Shown here piece after piece: positions 35,078 to 43,280 of a stretch of DNA of 51,241 nucleotides (position 1 is the first letter of the stretch; each line of letters starts with the position of its first letter). The DNA is from a virus. Its lineage: Duplodnaviria > Caudoviricetes. The notes under the pieces were generated by a model. That model made no database searches. It was not told the DNA's origin and saw only the letters and a program-made list of their open reading frames with translations. The stretch spans positions 1 through 51,241 of the IMG/VR virus record IMGVR_UViG_3300037483_000317. One strand, given 5' to 3'. Both the position numbers and the translations under genes were made by a program.

Positions 35078-36450
35078 GGGCTCCGGAAGTTGGCGGACTG
35101 CGTAGCGTCGTTGCTCACGTCCTGGTTGAGCGCTTCGCCCTCGGTCTGAACCGGCACGTCGCGGCCGTCGGGGCCGAGGAACCGATGGACAATCTCGCGC
35201 TGGCCCATGATTTGCTCACGATAAATCCTTCGCTCCTCGCTCAATTCGGCAGCGCTTTTTGCGCCAGATTGCCGAGAGAAAAAATCGCTGCCCGTCGAAT
35301 CGGTAGTCATCCTTTGCAGCGCGTATGCCGCCTGCGTAGTCTTCATCGATAGCTTGTTAAATCCGAGAAAATCCGGCCCCCACGGGTTGTCAAAAACACT
35401 CTCGACTTCTGTCCCCCTGTACGTTCCCTCTATGCCCATCGACTCAAGTAAACTCACTAGGTTGTTGCGGGCCTCGCGACGACCGACAACACCAGGCGTG
35501 TATCGACCAAATGCCGCACTGGTTTCGGATCGCTGTTCACGTGTTGCCATGCTGCCGCCAACAATGTCGACCAGCGTTTGGTAATCTCCGCCACCGGCTG
35601 CCACCATCGCCGCACCACGCGATTGCAGGCCCGCGAGTTGTTGGGCCTCGCCGGGTCGAACGTCGGCGTCGAACAGTGAGCGGAACTGAGTTCCTGCACG
35701 CCTCATATTGGTTTCTTTGCTGCGCAGCGCGACCCACATCGACAATCCCTGTTGCTCGTCGAATCCGGCCCCCGTCACCTGGGTAGCAAACTGGTTGTAT
35801 TCATCGATCATCCCGAGGTTGGCGCCGACGCCAGGCCGCAACAGCGAAGTCATCAGACCGCCAAGACCTTCGATCCTTTTGGGGGTGATCTTTCCTCCCG
35901 ACTGACGCAGTATCGACGCGATCGCCTCCGATGGGTCCGGACCATTTAACTGTTTCGATACGTCCGCCACCCCCAACATTGCAATCAGATTTTCTTGCGT
36001 ATCGCCGCCCTGGCGAAATAAAATGTCGCTCGTGGCAAAAGCCTGGCTGGCAGTGGAAGCTGCTGCGACTGCGGCCTGCCTAACTCGGTTGAAAAGCGCT
36101 GACCCGGCTGGTGATTCGCGCGTAATATGACGCACGCCGAGCGAAGCCGTAAATGCGGCATCGATCGTCCTGGTATTCTCTACGCGCTCACCGCTTATTT
36201 TCTGCTGAGTGGCGAAGTAACTCTCGGCCGCGTCCTTGGCGAGTTTGATGGCAGCAGCGATCGACAGCCACTTGCCGACGATACCCTCCAAGGCACTAGC
36301 CCACTTCGTCGACGAGCCTTGCTCCAAGTCGGAGATCCGCTTGAGCGCTTCCTCGAGCGCCTTGGGCCCGTTCTCGATGTCCTTCCACGCCTGGAGCGCT
36401 TCGGCCATGTCGGCCGATACTTTGATATTGACGTCTTCTTTCACGGCCAT
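35074..36450 (-). CDS. Tape measure protein (short, 458 aa)
   Basis: VNIKVSAD N-terminus; Ala/Gly/Ser-rich helical sequence; follows the frameshift chaperone. Confidence 0.7.
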   Translation of the reverse strand: MAVKEDVNIKVSADMAEALQAWKDIENGPKALEEALKRISDLEQGSSTKWASALEGIVGKWLSIAAAIKLAKDAAESYFATQQKISGERVENTRTIDAAFTASLGVRHITRESPAGSALFNRVRQAAVAAASTASQAFATSDILFRQGGDTQENLIAMLGVADVSKQLNGPDPSEAIASILRQSGGKITPKRIEGLGGLMTSLLRPGVGANLGMIDEYNQFATQVTGAGFDEQQGLSMWVALRSKETNMRRAGTQFRSLFDADVRPGEAQQLAGLQSRGAAMVAAGGGDYQTLVDIVGGSMATREQRSETSAAFGRYTPGVVGRREARNNLVSLLESMGIEGTYRGTEVESVFDNPWGPDFLGFNKLSMKTTQAAYALQRMTTDSTGSDFFSRQSGAKSAAELSEERRIYREQIMGQREIVHRFLGPDGRDVPVQTEGEALNQDVSNDATQSANFRSP

Positions 36451-36585
36451 CGTGTCACCGGTGCAATTTGATGTGGTTGATCGTCACGGGCGGGTTGTCG
36501 TAGACCTTGAACAGCACGGCCAAGGCGTCAAAGCAGGTCGGTTCGTACCCGGGCCCCTGAAGCCCGCGGGCGTAGAGCATCGCAT

Positions 36586-37329
36586 TCAGTTCACGGCGGC
36601 TGAGAGGAAAGGCTGTCTTGTACTTTTTTTTTGATCGATCGCTTTCTCGATCGACGTGATCCCCGCCGCCACCATTGCCACTCGGGCCGCTTCGATCTCA
36701 CCCACCAGGTCGAGCACGTCGATTACGTCGATCGTCACCCGGTAATTCTTGGCCAGCGCCAGCGCCGCAAACCGCATCCCGCTCGGAATCTGGACCCGCA
36801 ATTCCTTTCGCAGCATCACTTGGAAGCTGTCCGACATAAACAGTTCGAGCAGGCTGTTGGCCCACTCGTCGAAAGCGCGGTGCTCCTCCGTGACACGCCG
36901 CACTTCGTCGCCCGTATTCGGGTCGCGCGACAGACGCTGCGGGAGGAGCGCCGCGATCGGCACGACCCAACCATTGCCGTCGCGGAGCGCCACCGGCTCG
37001 CCGTCGAACAGCTCCGCCCGCTGTAGCTCGCCCGCCGACGGCTTCTCTCCACGCACATAGCCGAGCCAGAAGCGATCTTTGGCAAGTTCGCCGTCTGGCG
37101 GCGCCGGCTGCCACTCCTGCGTCTCACGGTCGATTTGGCGTGGCGTGGCGGGCAGTCCCGGCGCGTCGAACGTAACCAGGATCCCCGATCCGCCGTCTGG
37201 GCCGGTCTGGACCTCGGTGGCCAGCGGATCGACAGAACGATCCAGAAGCGGGTCTAGACCGACCCGGCGGAGCTCGGCGCGTGGATCGCCGGACGCCGGC
37301 GACGGAATGTAGACCAGAATCCCAGCCAT
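36586..37329 (-). CDS. Tail assembly chaperone (gpG-like; -1 frameshift product extends to 36455)
   Basis: A9G slippery run at 36623-36632; the -1 frame is open to TGA at 36455. Confidence 0.75.
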   Translation of the reverse strand: MAGILVYIPSPASGDPRAELRRVGLDPLLDRSVDPLATEVQTGPDGGSGILVTFDAPGLPATPRQIDRETQEWQPAPPDGELAKDRFWLGYVRGEKPSAGELQRAELFDGEPVALRDGNGWVVPIAALLPQRLSRDPNTGDEVRRVTEEHRAFDEWANSLLELFMSDSFQVMLRKELRVQIPSGMRFAALALAKNYRVTIDVIDVLDLVGEIEAARVAMVAAGITSIEKAIDQKKSTRQPFLSAAVN

Positions 37330-37330
37330 G

Positions 37331-38257
37331 CTACGCTCCCAATGCGACGCCTAGAGTCGGCACGACAGAACCGACCGGCGCGATCATCACCTGCGTTGTC
37401 GCGTCGTCGATTCCCGACACGCTGAGATTATCGACGCCCCAACTTCCCGCCGCGGCGGCGTAGCGGATGTGGCTCAAGCTGGCCCCCGCGATCCGACCGT
37501 CGACTGCCGTCGTGCCGCGCTGCAGGTAGCCGTTGATCGTCGCCCCCAACGCCGTCAGAAACATCGTGCCAATGTCGTAAGCAAACTCCGCATTGAGGAA
37601 CGTCAAATCGAACATCGGATCGCGGGCCACGATCGACGTGCCGTCGGCACGCGAAAAGACTCCGCCGTCCGAACGCCGCGACACAACCTGCGTCCCCGGC
37701 CGGAAGGCGAACCGCGTCAGCCCCAACACCGGCGTGGTCGCCAGCCACAGCCCGCCCATGAAGTATTGCGACATGAAGGCCGGCGCCGCCACGGCCGCAA
37801 AGCTCTGGGCCGGCGTGTTGGCGATCGGATTCTCACCGGCCACCGACAGCGGGATGTATTCCAAATTGGCGTACGCGCCTTCGTCACTATCAATGTCGAC
37901 CCCGATTTCGGTGATGTACAGAAACCCCTTCGCGGTCGACTGGACAAAATGATCGAGGCCCGCGGCGAACGCGCCGCCCTCGATCCGCTTCTGGTAGCGC
38001 ATCACGTGCCCGCCCGAGCAGTAGAGGAAGAAATTGCTGCCCATCACTGTATGCAACGTCAGCAAGTCGCACGTGCGGAACTGGCATCGTGGATTGGCGG
38101 TCGAGAGAATATGCGCGGCCGGATTAGTCGCTCCGCCCGGCCGAATAGTTTTCTTCCGCGAGCCGGCCGACAAGCCTTGACTGTCGAGTTGCTGAAGATT
38201 CATCGTCCCGCCGGCGTGCGTGAACGAACCGGAAAAAATACTATAGCGATCTGCCAT
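37331..38257 (-). CDS. Major tail (tube) protein
   Basis: 308 aa, beta-rich, upstream of the chaperone. Confidence 0.6.
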   Translation of the reverse strand: MADRYSIFSGSFTHAGGTMNLQQLDSQGLSAGSRKKTIRPGGATNPAAHILSTANPRCQFRTCDLLTLHTVMGSNFFLYCSGGHVMRYQKRIEGGAFAAGLDHFVQSTAKGFLYITEIGVDIDSDEGAYANLEYIPLSVAGENPIANTPAQSFAAVAAPAFMSQYFMGGLWLATTPVLGLTRFAFRPGTQVVSRRSDGGVFSRADGTSIVARDPMFDLTFLNAEFAYDIGTMFLTALGATINGYLQRGTTAVDGRIAGASLSHIRYAAAAGSWGVDNLSVSGIDDATTQVMIAPVGSVVPTLGVALGA

Positions 38258-38266
38258 TGGACACCT

Positions 38267-38917
38267 CTATGCGGCCTGCGAGTTGCCGCGTGAAATTCTG
38301 GTTCGTTTCCGGCCAGCGCGATGGGCCTCGACCTTCTGCATGTACGCGCGGAGGAAGTGCTCGGCCAACAAACGCGGGTCGTCCTCGTCGAACCGCTCCA
38401 GCTCGATCCGCATCTTCTGGATCGTCAGTGCTTGATGCAGCACCTTCTCGCGGAGCTTGTCCTGCTTGATGAGTTCGATCAGGTTTTTCGGCACGCGATG
38501 CAACTGGCGAAGGCGGCCCGTGCCGCCCTTGAACGGAAACCGCAAGATCAACGTGCCGCGGAGCGTATCACCCACCGCCGTGCCGCCAACCGTAATCTTT
38601 TTGTTTTTCCGCATGTGTTCCTTCGTCCGGCTGGTCTTCACCAAATCGACGGTCGAGAAGTACCGCTTGCCGTCGACCTTGACACCCTTGGCCTTGGCCC
38701 GCTTGTATTTCTCGGTCCGCGGGAAGTGTTGGAACTTCTCGCGGTTGCCGCGCTCGAAGTGGTCCTTGAATCCGTCGGGGTGCTTGTGCCACCATTCGAG
38801 CGTGTCGCGGAGGGCCGCCTTGGCGTACTTGTTGTGCCACCGCTTGGCCAGGTCGTCGGGCCGCACGGGCACGTCGATCACCCAAATCGTTTTCGGGAGT
38901 ACGCCTTTAATGGCCAT
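38267..38917 (-). CDS. Basic neck/tail-completion protein
   Basis: 216 aa, K/R-rich; assigned by synteny. Confidence 0.5.
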   Translation of the reverse strand: MAIKGVLPKTIWVIDVPVRPDDLAKRWHNKYAKAALRDTLEWWHKHPDGFKDHFERGNREKFQHFPRTEKYKRAKAKGVKVDGKRYFSTVDLVKTSRTKEHMRKNKKITVGGTAVGDTLRGTLILRFPFKGGTGRLRQLHRVPKNLIELIKQDKLREKVLHQALTIQKMRIELERFDEDDPRLLAEHFLRAYMQKVEAHRAGRKRTRISRGNSQAA

Positions 38918-38933
38918 CTGCTATACTCGGGAC

Positions 38934-39125
38934 ATGGACCTGAAAATCATCGGTAGCCTGTTTTTTGGGTGTGCTTGCGTGTCTCTAGCATTTGCCTTAC
39001 TCAGCAATGCCTATGCGGACGATTGGTTTGTCGAACCTTCGCACACTTTAGCTTGGCGGTTCGCCGTGCTCTGGCTGCTCGCCGGAATCGCCGATCGCAT
39101 CACCTCCAATCGACCCCCAGCGTGA
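38934..39125 (+). CDS. Small two-TM moron protein on the opposite strand
   Basis: MDLKIIGSLFFGCACVSLAFALL...; TATACT box 6 nt before the ATG. Confidence 0.55.
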   Translation: MDLKIIGSLFFGCACVSLAFALLSNAYADDWFVEPSHTLAWRFAVLWLLAGIADRITSNRPPA

Positions 39126-39678
39126 AGCCCACGAACAATTCGATTTCCTGGACCTCCTGATCCATCGGCTTCGCCTCGACGTCGATCGACGTCGCGTGTA
39201 AGTACGGATTGCCGGCCCCGTCGCCCCGGCCACTCTCCGCGTACAACTCGGACCGCAGTGTGTTGAGCATCTGATCGCACCACGTCCGAAACGCATTGAA
39301 CTTGGCGGCCCGCTCGGTCGGCGAGTCCTCGCCCAAGTACCGAAACGCAGCGGGGAGCGGCGTCTCAACCGAAATCTCCAATCGCCCGGTGCCGCGCCAG
39401 GTCCCCGTCCCCGCCAACTCGCGGCGGTCGGATACCTTTTCGATCAGCGCGCGCGGGCGACCGTGGACCGGTGGCGGTAAATCCGGTGCCGTCTCTCCTT
39501 CCGCTTCCAAGTTCGGCTCGGCCGGGATCTCCTCGTTGTAAATGCGGGCTTTCGCGGCATCGCGGGCCTCGTCTGTCGTCGGTTCGGTGCGGAGCATCAA
39601 GTCACGGACGAAGCACTCGCTGGCGACGAGCCAGTCGCGGGCGTACTCGAAGGTCGATGGTTCCGTGCTGATTGCCAC
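39100..39678 (-). CDS. Tail terminator-like protein
   Basis: Assigned by synteny; acidic; GTG start 39678. Confidence 0.5.
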   Translation of the reverse strand: MAISTEPSTFEYARDWLVASECFVRDLMLRTEPTTDEARDAAKARIYNEEIPAEPNLEAEGETAPDLPPPVHGRPRALIEKVSDRRELAGTGTWRGTGRLEISVETPLPAAFRYLGEDSPTERAAKFNAFRTWCDQMLNTLRSELYAESGRGDGAGNPYLHATSIDVEAKPMDQEVQEIELFVGFTLGVDWR

Positions 39679-39682
39679 TCGT

Positions 39683-40051
39683 TCACCTGCGCACCCGTGG
39701 TTTGCGGTCGATAATTCCTTCGCGCCGTACAAGGGAGAGCGTCTTCGACGCACTGTCTTCGCTGACCGGACCTCCCATCGCCTTGTAGACTCGGCCCCGA
39801 ATCACCCACGTGTCGTCCGGCGTCGTGGCCTGCGTGGCGGCAATCTCCAGCTCGCCGTCGGCCTGGATCATCCGACCGCGTTCGTCCTCGACCAGTCCGC
39901 CCGCTCCGCCCCCCGAATCCAAGTTCACGATTGCGGAGACCTCTTCGGTCTTACTGGCGTCGCCGGCCGCCCGGCGAATGACCGTTTCTTTGAACTCGGA
40001 GTAGCAGCGGGACCACTCGTCGGCCAGTTGTGTCTCGAAGCGGCTGGGCAT
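39683..40051 (-). CDS. Head-tail adaptor/closure protein
   Basis: 122 aa; DTWVIRGRVYK beta motif. Confidence 0.55.
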   Translation of the reverse strand: MPSRFETQLADEWSRCYSEFKETVIRRAAGDASKTEEVSAIVNLDSGGGAGGLVEDERGRMIQADGELEIAATQATTPDDTWVIRGRVYKAMGGPVSEDSASKTLSLVRREGIIDRKPRVRR

Positions 40052-40055
40052 CGTG

Positions 40056-40481
40056 TCACTCGCGGCTATCAGCGGTCGTCGCAGTCTCCTCGGCTTCGCC
40101 GACGGCTTCGACTTCGGGCTCGCCGCCGAGCGACTTGACTTGCTCGATCAGGATCGCCACCTGCTCTTCGGCGGCGGCCAGATCGAGTTCGAGCTCGGCG
40201 ATCCGCTTTCCCATCGCGTCGATTTCGCTCTTGCCTTCCGCCGCCGCTGCCGGAGAGCGGCGCCGTCCCTTCGGATCGAGCAGCCACGGCACGATCAGCC
40301 CCGAGTCAACAAACCGCTGGACGCCGGCGAGCTCCTGCTCAGTCAGCTCATACGGCGTATCCGGCTGGAATACGAGTTGCACCCGATTGGGCTTGCCCTT
40401 GGTGCCGATGTCGACCGTCCGCCGAAATGGCGTCGTGTGGCCGACCTTGAGGCCCCACGCCGTTGTCTTTTTCTTTGCCAT
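40056..40481 (-). CDS. Hypothetical head-associated protein
   Basis: 141 aa directly after the MCP. Confidence 0.6.
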   Translation of the reverse strand: MAKKKTTAWGLKVGHTTPFRRTVDIGTKGKPNRVQLVFQPDTPYELTEQELAGVQRFVDSGLIVPWLLDPKGRRRSPAAAAEGKSEIDAMGKRIAELELDLAAAEEQVAILIEQVKSLGGEPEVEAVGEAEETATTADSRE

Positions 40482-40533
40482 CGAACTATCTCGCTTGTGT
40501 TGAAGGAATGCCGCACGAAGTCACGCCCGCCTA

Positions 40534-41472
40534 CTAGGCAGTCGTGAACGTGTGGCGGATGGCATTCCACCAGGCCAGGTAGCCAATGTTGTAGCGCGCT
40601 TCGGTCATGAACTTCACTTCCTTGAACTCCATATCATCCATGCCCTTCATGCCGCGCGTGAGCGGCTCGCGGGCCTGGAAGATGTACGGCTTCACGGGCG
40701 TGTCCGTCCGGTACAAGTCGAAGTAATCGCCCGTGATATGAGCCGACTTTGCCACGCGCGCCGACGCGATGGGGACATTCGTTTCGCCGTTGTTGATCAG
40801 AATGCCAGGCGTGACCGCCCGCTGGGCCACATCCCAGTATTTGAGAGGGCACAGCACAAGCAACTCAGCCCCAGCCTGATCGTCAACGATCACGTCATCG
40901 TGCAAAAGTTCGCCGAAGTCGTCTTTGAAAGCAAACATCGCAATCACGGCGGCCAGGAAAGCCGCTTTGAACTCGTCAACCGTTGGCGCCGCAGCAGCGA
41001 CAATGGCCGAGGTCTTGTCGTTGTCCTGAGCACCCGAATCACCCCAAGAGTGATCCGTGTCGAAGAATGCCTGCCCGTCGAGGCAGAGATTGGTGGTTGC
41101 GTTCACAACCAGATCACCGATCAGCAGCTTGTCGGGGTGACGAGCCGCCCGCACGCCAAGATTCGTGAACATCGGCCCGTAGATCGCCATTCGATCGTCA
41201 CGGATGCGGGTCTTTTCGACTTCGATGCCAGATTCCCAATGCTTGTTTTCGAGCGTAAACTTGGCCGCTCGTACAGTGTTGAACCTGCGCGCACCGAGCC
41301 ACTCTCGAACTTGAGGCACGGCACCCAGCATGCCGTACTCTTCGTCGTACCCGTCGGACGGGATGATTGTTGCGAGGCGCGGGTAGAACGGTACAGTGCT
41401 CTTGACGGCGTTGTCGAACTTGCCGGTCAGGCTGCGGAGCTTTGCCACCGCAGCGGCAGTGTCGAGTGACAT
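40534..41472 (-). CDS. Major capsid protein, Mu gpT-like
   Basis: YGMLGAVPQVREWLG...LENKHWE...IRDD...AARHPD...DGQAFFDTDH...KPYIFQAR. Confidence 0.9.
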   Translation of the reverse strand: MSLDTAAAVAKLRSLTGKFDNAVKSTVPFYPRLATIIPSDGYDEEYGMLGAVPQVREWLGARRFNTVRAAKFTLENKHWESGIEVEKTRIRDDRMAIYGPMFTNLGVRAARHPDKLLIGDLVVNATTNLCLDGQAFFDTDHSWGDSGAQDNDKTSAIVAAAAPTVDEFKAAFLAAVIAMFAFKDDFGELLHDDVIVDDQAGAELLVLCPLKYWDVAQRAVTPGILINNGETNVPIASARVAKSAHITGDYFDLYRTDTPVKPYIFQAREPLTRGMKGMDDMEFKEVKFMTEARYNIGYLAWWNAIRHTFTTA

Positions 41473-41536
41473 GATTGCGATCCTTTTCGTATTGAGTGAA
41501 TGCCGTACCGGCGAAAATTCGAGCTACAGGAAGCGA

Positions 41537-41974
41537 CTAGGTCACCAACGGACCGGTGTCTCGCATGCCGAGGCCGTGGATTTCCACCCAAACCTGCGTC
41601 GTGCTCACCACTTCGGTGATGATGCCAACGGGCACCAAATCGGTTGCCGTTTCGGTGATCTGGAAGTTGTCAACGCCATACACCGGCTTGCCGATGTCGG
41701 CCGCGACCGCCGTGGCGGCGCTGAGCGTCAGCAGAAACTCGCCAGTGACCCAGACGTCGGCTTTCTTGTCCGCGTCGGCGCCGGCACTGTTGTCGACGTT
41801 ATCGATCACGATACCGCCAAACGTGCCGTTTTCGAGCACCGTGCCCGTGAAGTCGCCACCGGCGTCTTCGAAGCACATCGTGCCTTCGTACAAGATCGTG
41901 CTGGCCGCCACCGGCACGCTGCGCCGCTCGGTGTGGCCCCGCTTCGCGACTACTTGATTGGCTGTTACTGCCAT
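41537..41974 (-). CDS. Capsid decoration/cement protein (DUF2190-like)
   Basis: VPVAASTILYEG...ADIGKPVYGVD. Confidence 0.7.
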   Translation of the reverse strand: MAVTANQVVAKRGHTERRSVPVAASTILYEGTMCFEDAGGDFTGTVLENGTFGGIVIDNVDNSAGADADKKADVWVTGEFLLTLSAATAVAADIGKPVYGVDNFQITETATDLVPVGIITEVVSTTQVWVEIHGLGMRDTGPLVT

Positions 41975-42044
41975 TGAATTATCCTCGCGTCAAAATAATG
42001 TGGTTCGGTGACTGCCAACGAAAATCAGTTGGCCACTTGGTTTG

Positions 42045-43280
42045 CTAGGCCGCAGCGGCCGACTTCGGCGCCAGCAGTTCCTTGCCTTCGTCGATCTTGC
42101 GGCTGGTAACGTACTCATCGAGCGACATTCCCATCTGAGCGAACGCCGCCAATTGCGAGTTGTACTCGGCCTTGTACTTGGCATCCGGATCGCTGCCCGC
42201 TTGGCCGCTGTCTTTCGAGAGCTGATTGCCGTTGACCATCAGCGTACTCATGGCTAGCGAGAGCTTTCCGTCAACCTTTGAAAGTAGGTTCTCGCTGAAC
42301 TTATCGAGCGTCGCGTCCAATGAGGTCTGCGACAGAATCTCACCCCCAGGCTTTTCTACTGCGGGTTCCGGCTTGGAATCGCCCGGTTTGAGTGCGGCGA
42401 GCTTGGCGTCGACGTCGCTGAGCAATTTCGCGCCGAATTCTTCGAGCGTTGCATCAAGCGATTCCTTGGTAAGCGCAACCGGCGCCGTAGGATGTGCGTT
42501 GGTCGTGGTCATTTCTTTTTTCCTCAATTCGAGTTGGTGGCTTTCCAGAAAACGAGCCGCGTATTCGGTGATCCGCTCCGCGTCAACACTCAAGTGCTTC
42601 AGTACTGGCCGATGCGACGAAAGCCCAAGCGCAAACTCGCACAGCTTGTCGGCTTCTTCCGCAATCTCGTGACCCTTTCGGAATAAACCGTCAGGATTTG
42701 CGGCCGGCTCATCGACGACGTCGTCGGCCCAGAGTCTGGCGATGCGCATGTGTTCAAAATTGTTCGTGTTGTCGTCGTCGGGTGATCGGAAGTAGCCATC
42801 TTCGTCCTCGTGCTCCGCAACGAAGCGATCCATCTCGCCCCAATCCGGATCAAATACGATGGAGGTAGCCAACGCTGCGGCGTCCTCTTCGGCCATGTCC
42901 ATCACGTAGGTCGCCAAGTCTCCGTCTGGCGTGTTGTGCGACGAGCGCTGAAGGTGCAAGTCGGCCAATGCACGGTCGCCCTCGATGTGAAAATTCTTCA
43001 TCCGGCCGAGCATTGTGCCCAACCCGTCCGACGAAAGTCCAGGATGTGCAAAGCGCGACTTGACCCCATTGCGGGCTTTGTTGCCAAGCGTAACGACCTG
43101 CTCGACCGCGAACTGATCGACCCACTCGCGGTGCCCGCGGGCCTCGCCTCGCGTAATTACCGCAACGCCAGTCAACAGGCCGGCGCCGAAATGACCGCCC
43201 TTGCGATCGACACGCGGCTGAGCGCCTTTGCTCGGCGCTGCTCGCATCCGCTTCAATGGCTTATTGAGTACGTCGGTCAC
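42045..43280 (-). CDS. Prohead protease/scaffold
   Basis: ITRGEARGH...SRFAH...SIVF...ADDVVDEPAANPDGLF, then a helical scaffold-like tail. Confidence 0.7.
   Translation of the reverse strand: MTDVLNKPLKRMRAAPSKGAQPRVDRKGGHFGAGLLTGVAVITRGEARGHREWVDQFAVEQVVTLGNKARNGVKSRFAHPGLSSDGLGTMLGRMKNFHIEGDRALADLHLQRSSHNTPDGDLATYVMDMAEEDAAALATSIVFDPDWGEMDRFVAEHEDEDGYFRSPDDDNTNNFEHMRIARLWADDVVDEPAANPDGLFRKGHEIAEEADKLCEFALGLSSHRPVLKHLSVDAERITEYAARFLESHQLELRKKEMTTTNAHPTAPVALTKESLDATLEEFGAKLLSDVDAKLAALKPGDSKPEPAVEKPGGEILSQTSLDATLDKFSENLLSKVDGKLSLAMSTLMVNGNQLSKDSGQAGSDPDAKYKAEYNSQLAAFAQMGMSLDEYVTSRKIDEGKELLAPKSAAAA

Noticed and set aside
40342-40357. Gapped similarity of spacer 22383-22412 to GTCAGCTCATACGGCG (also weak matches near 38920 and 41085)
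   Set aside because: Short and requires indels; expected by chance.
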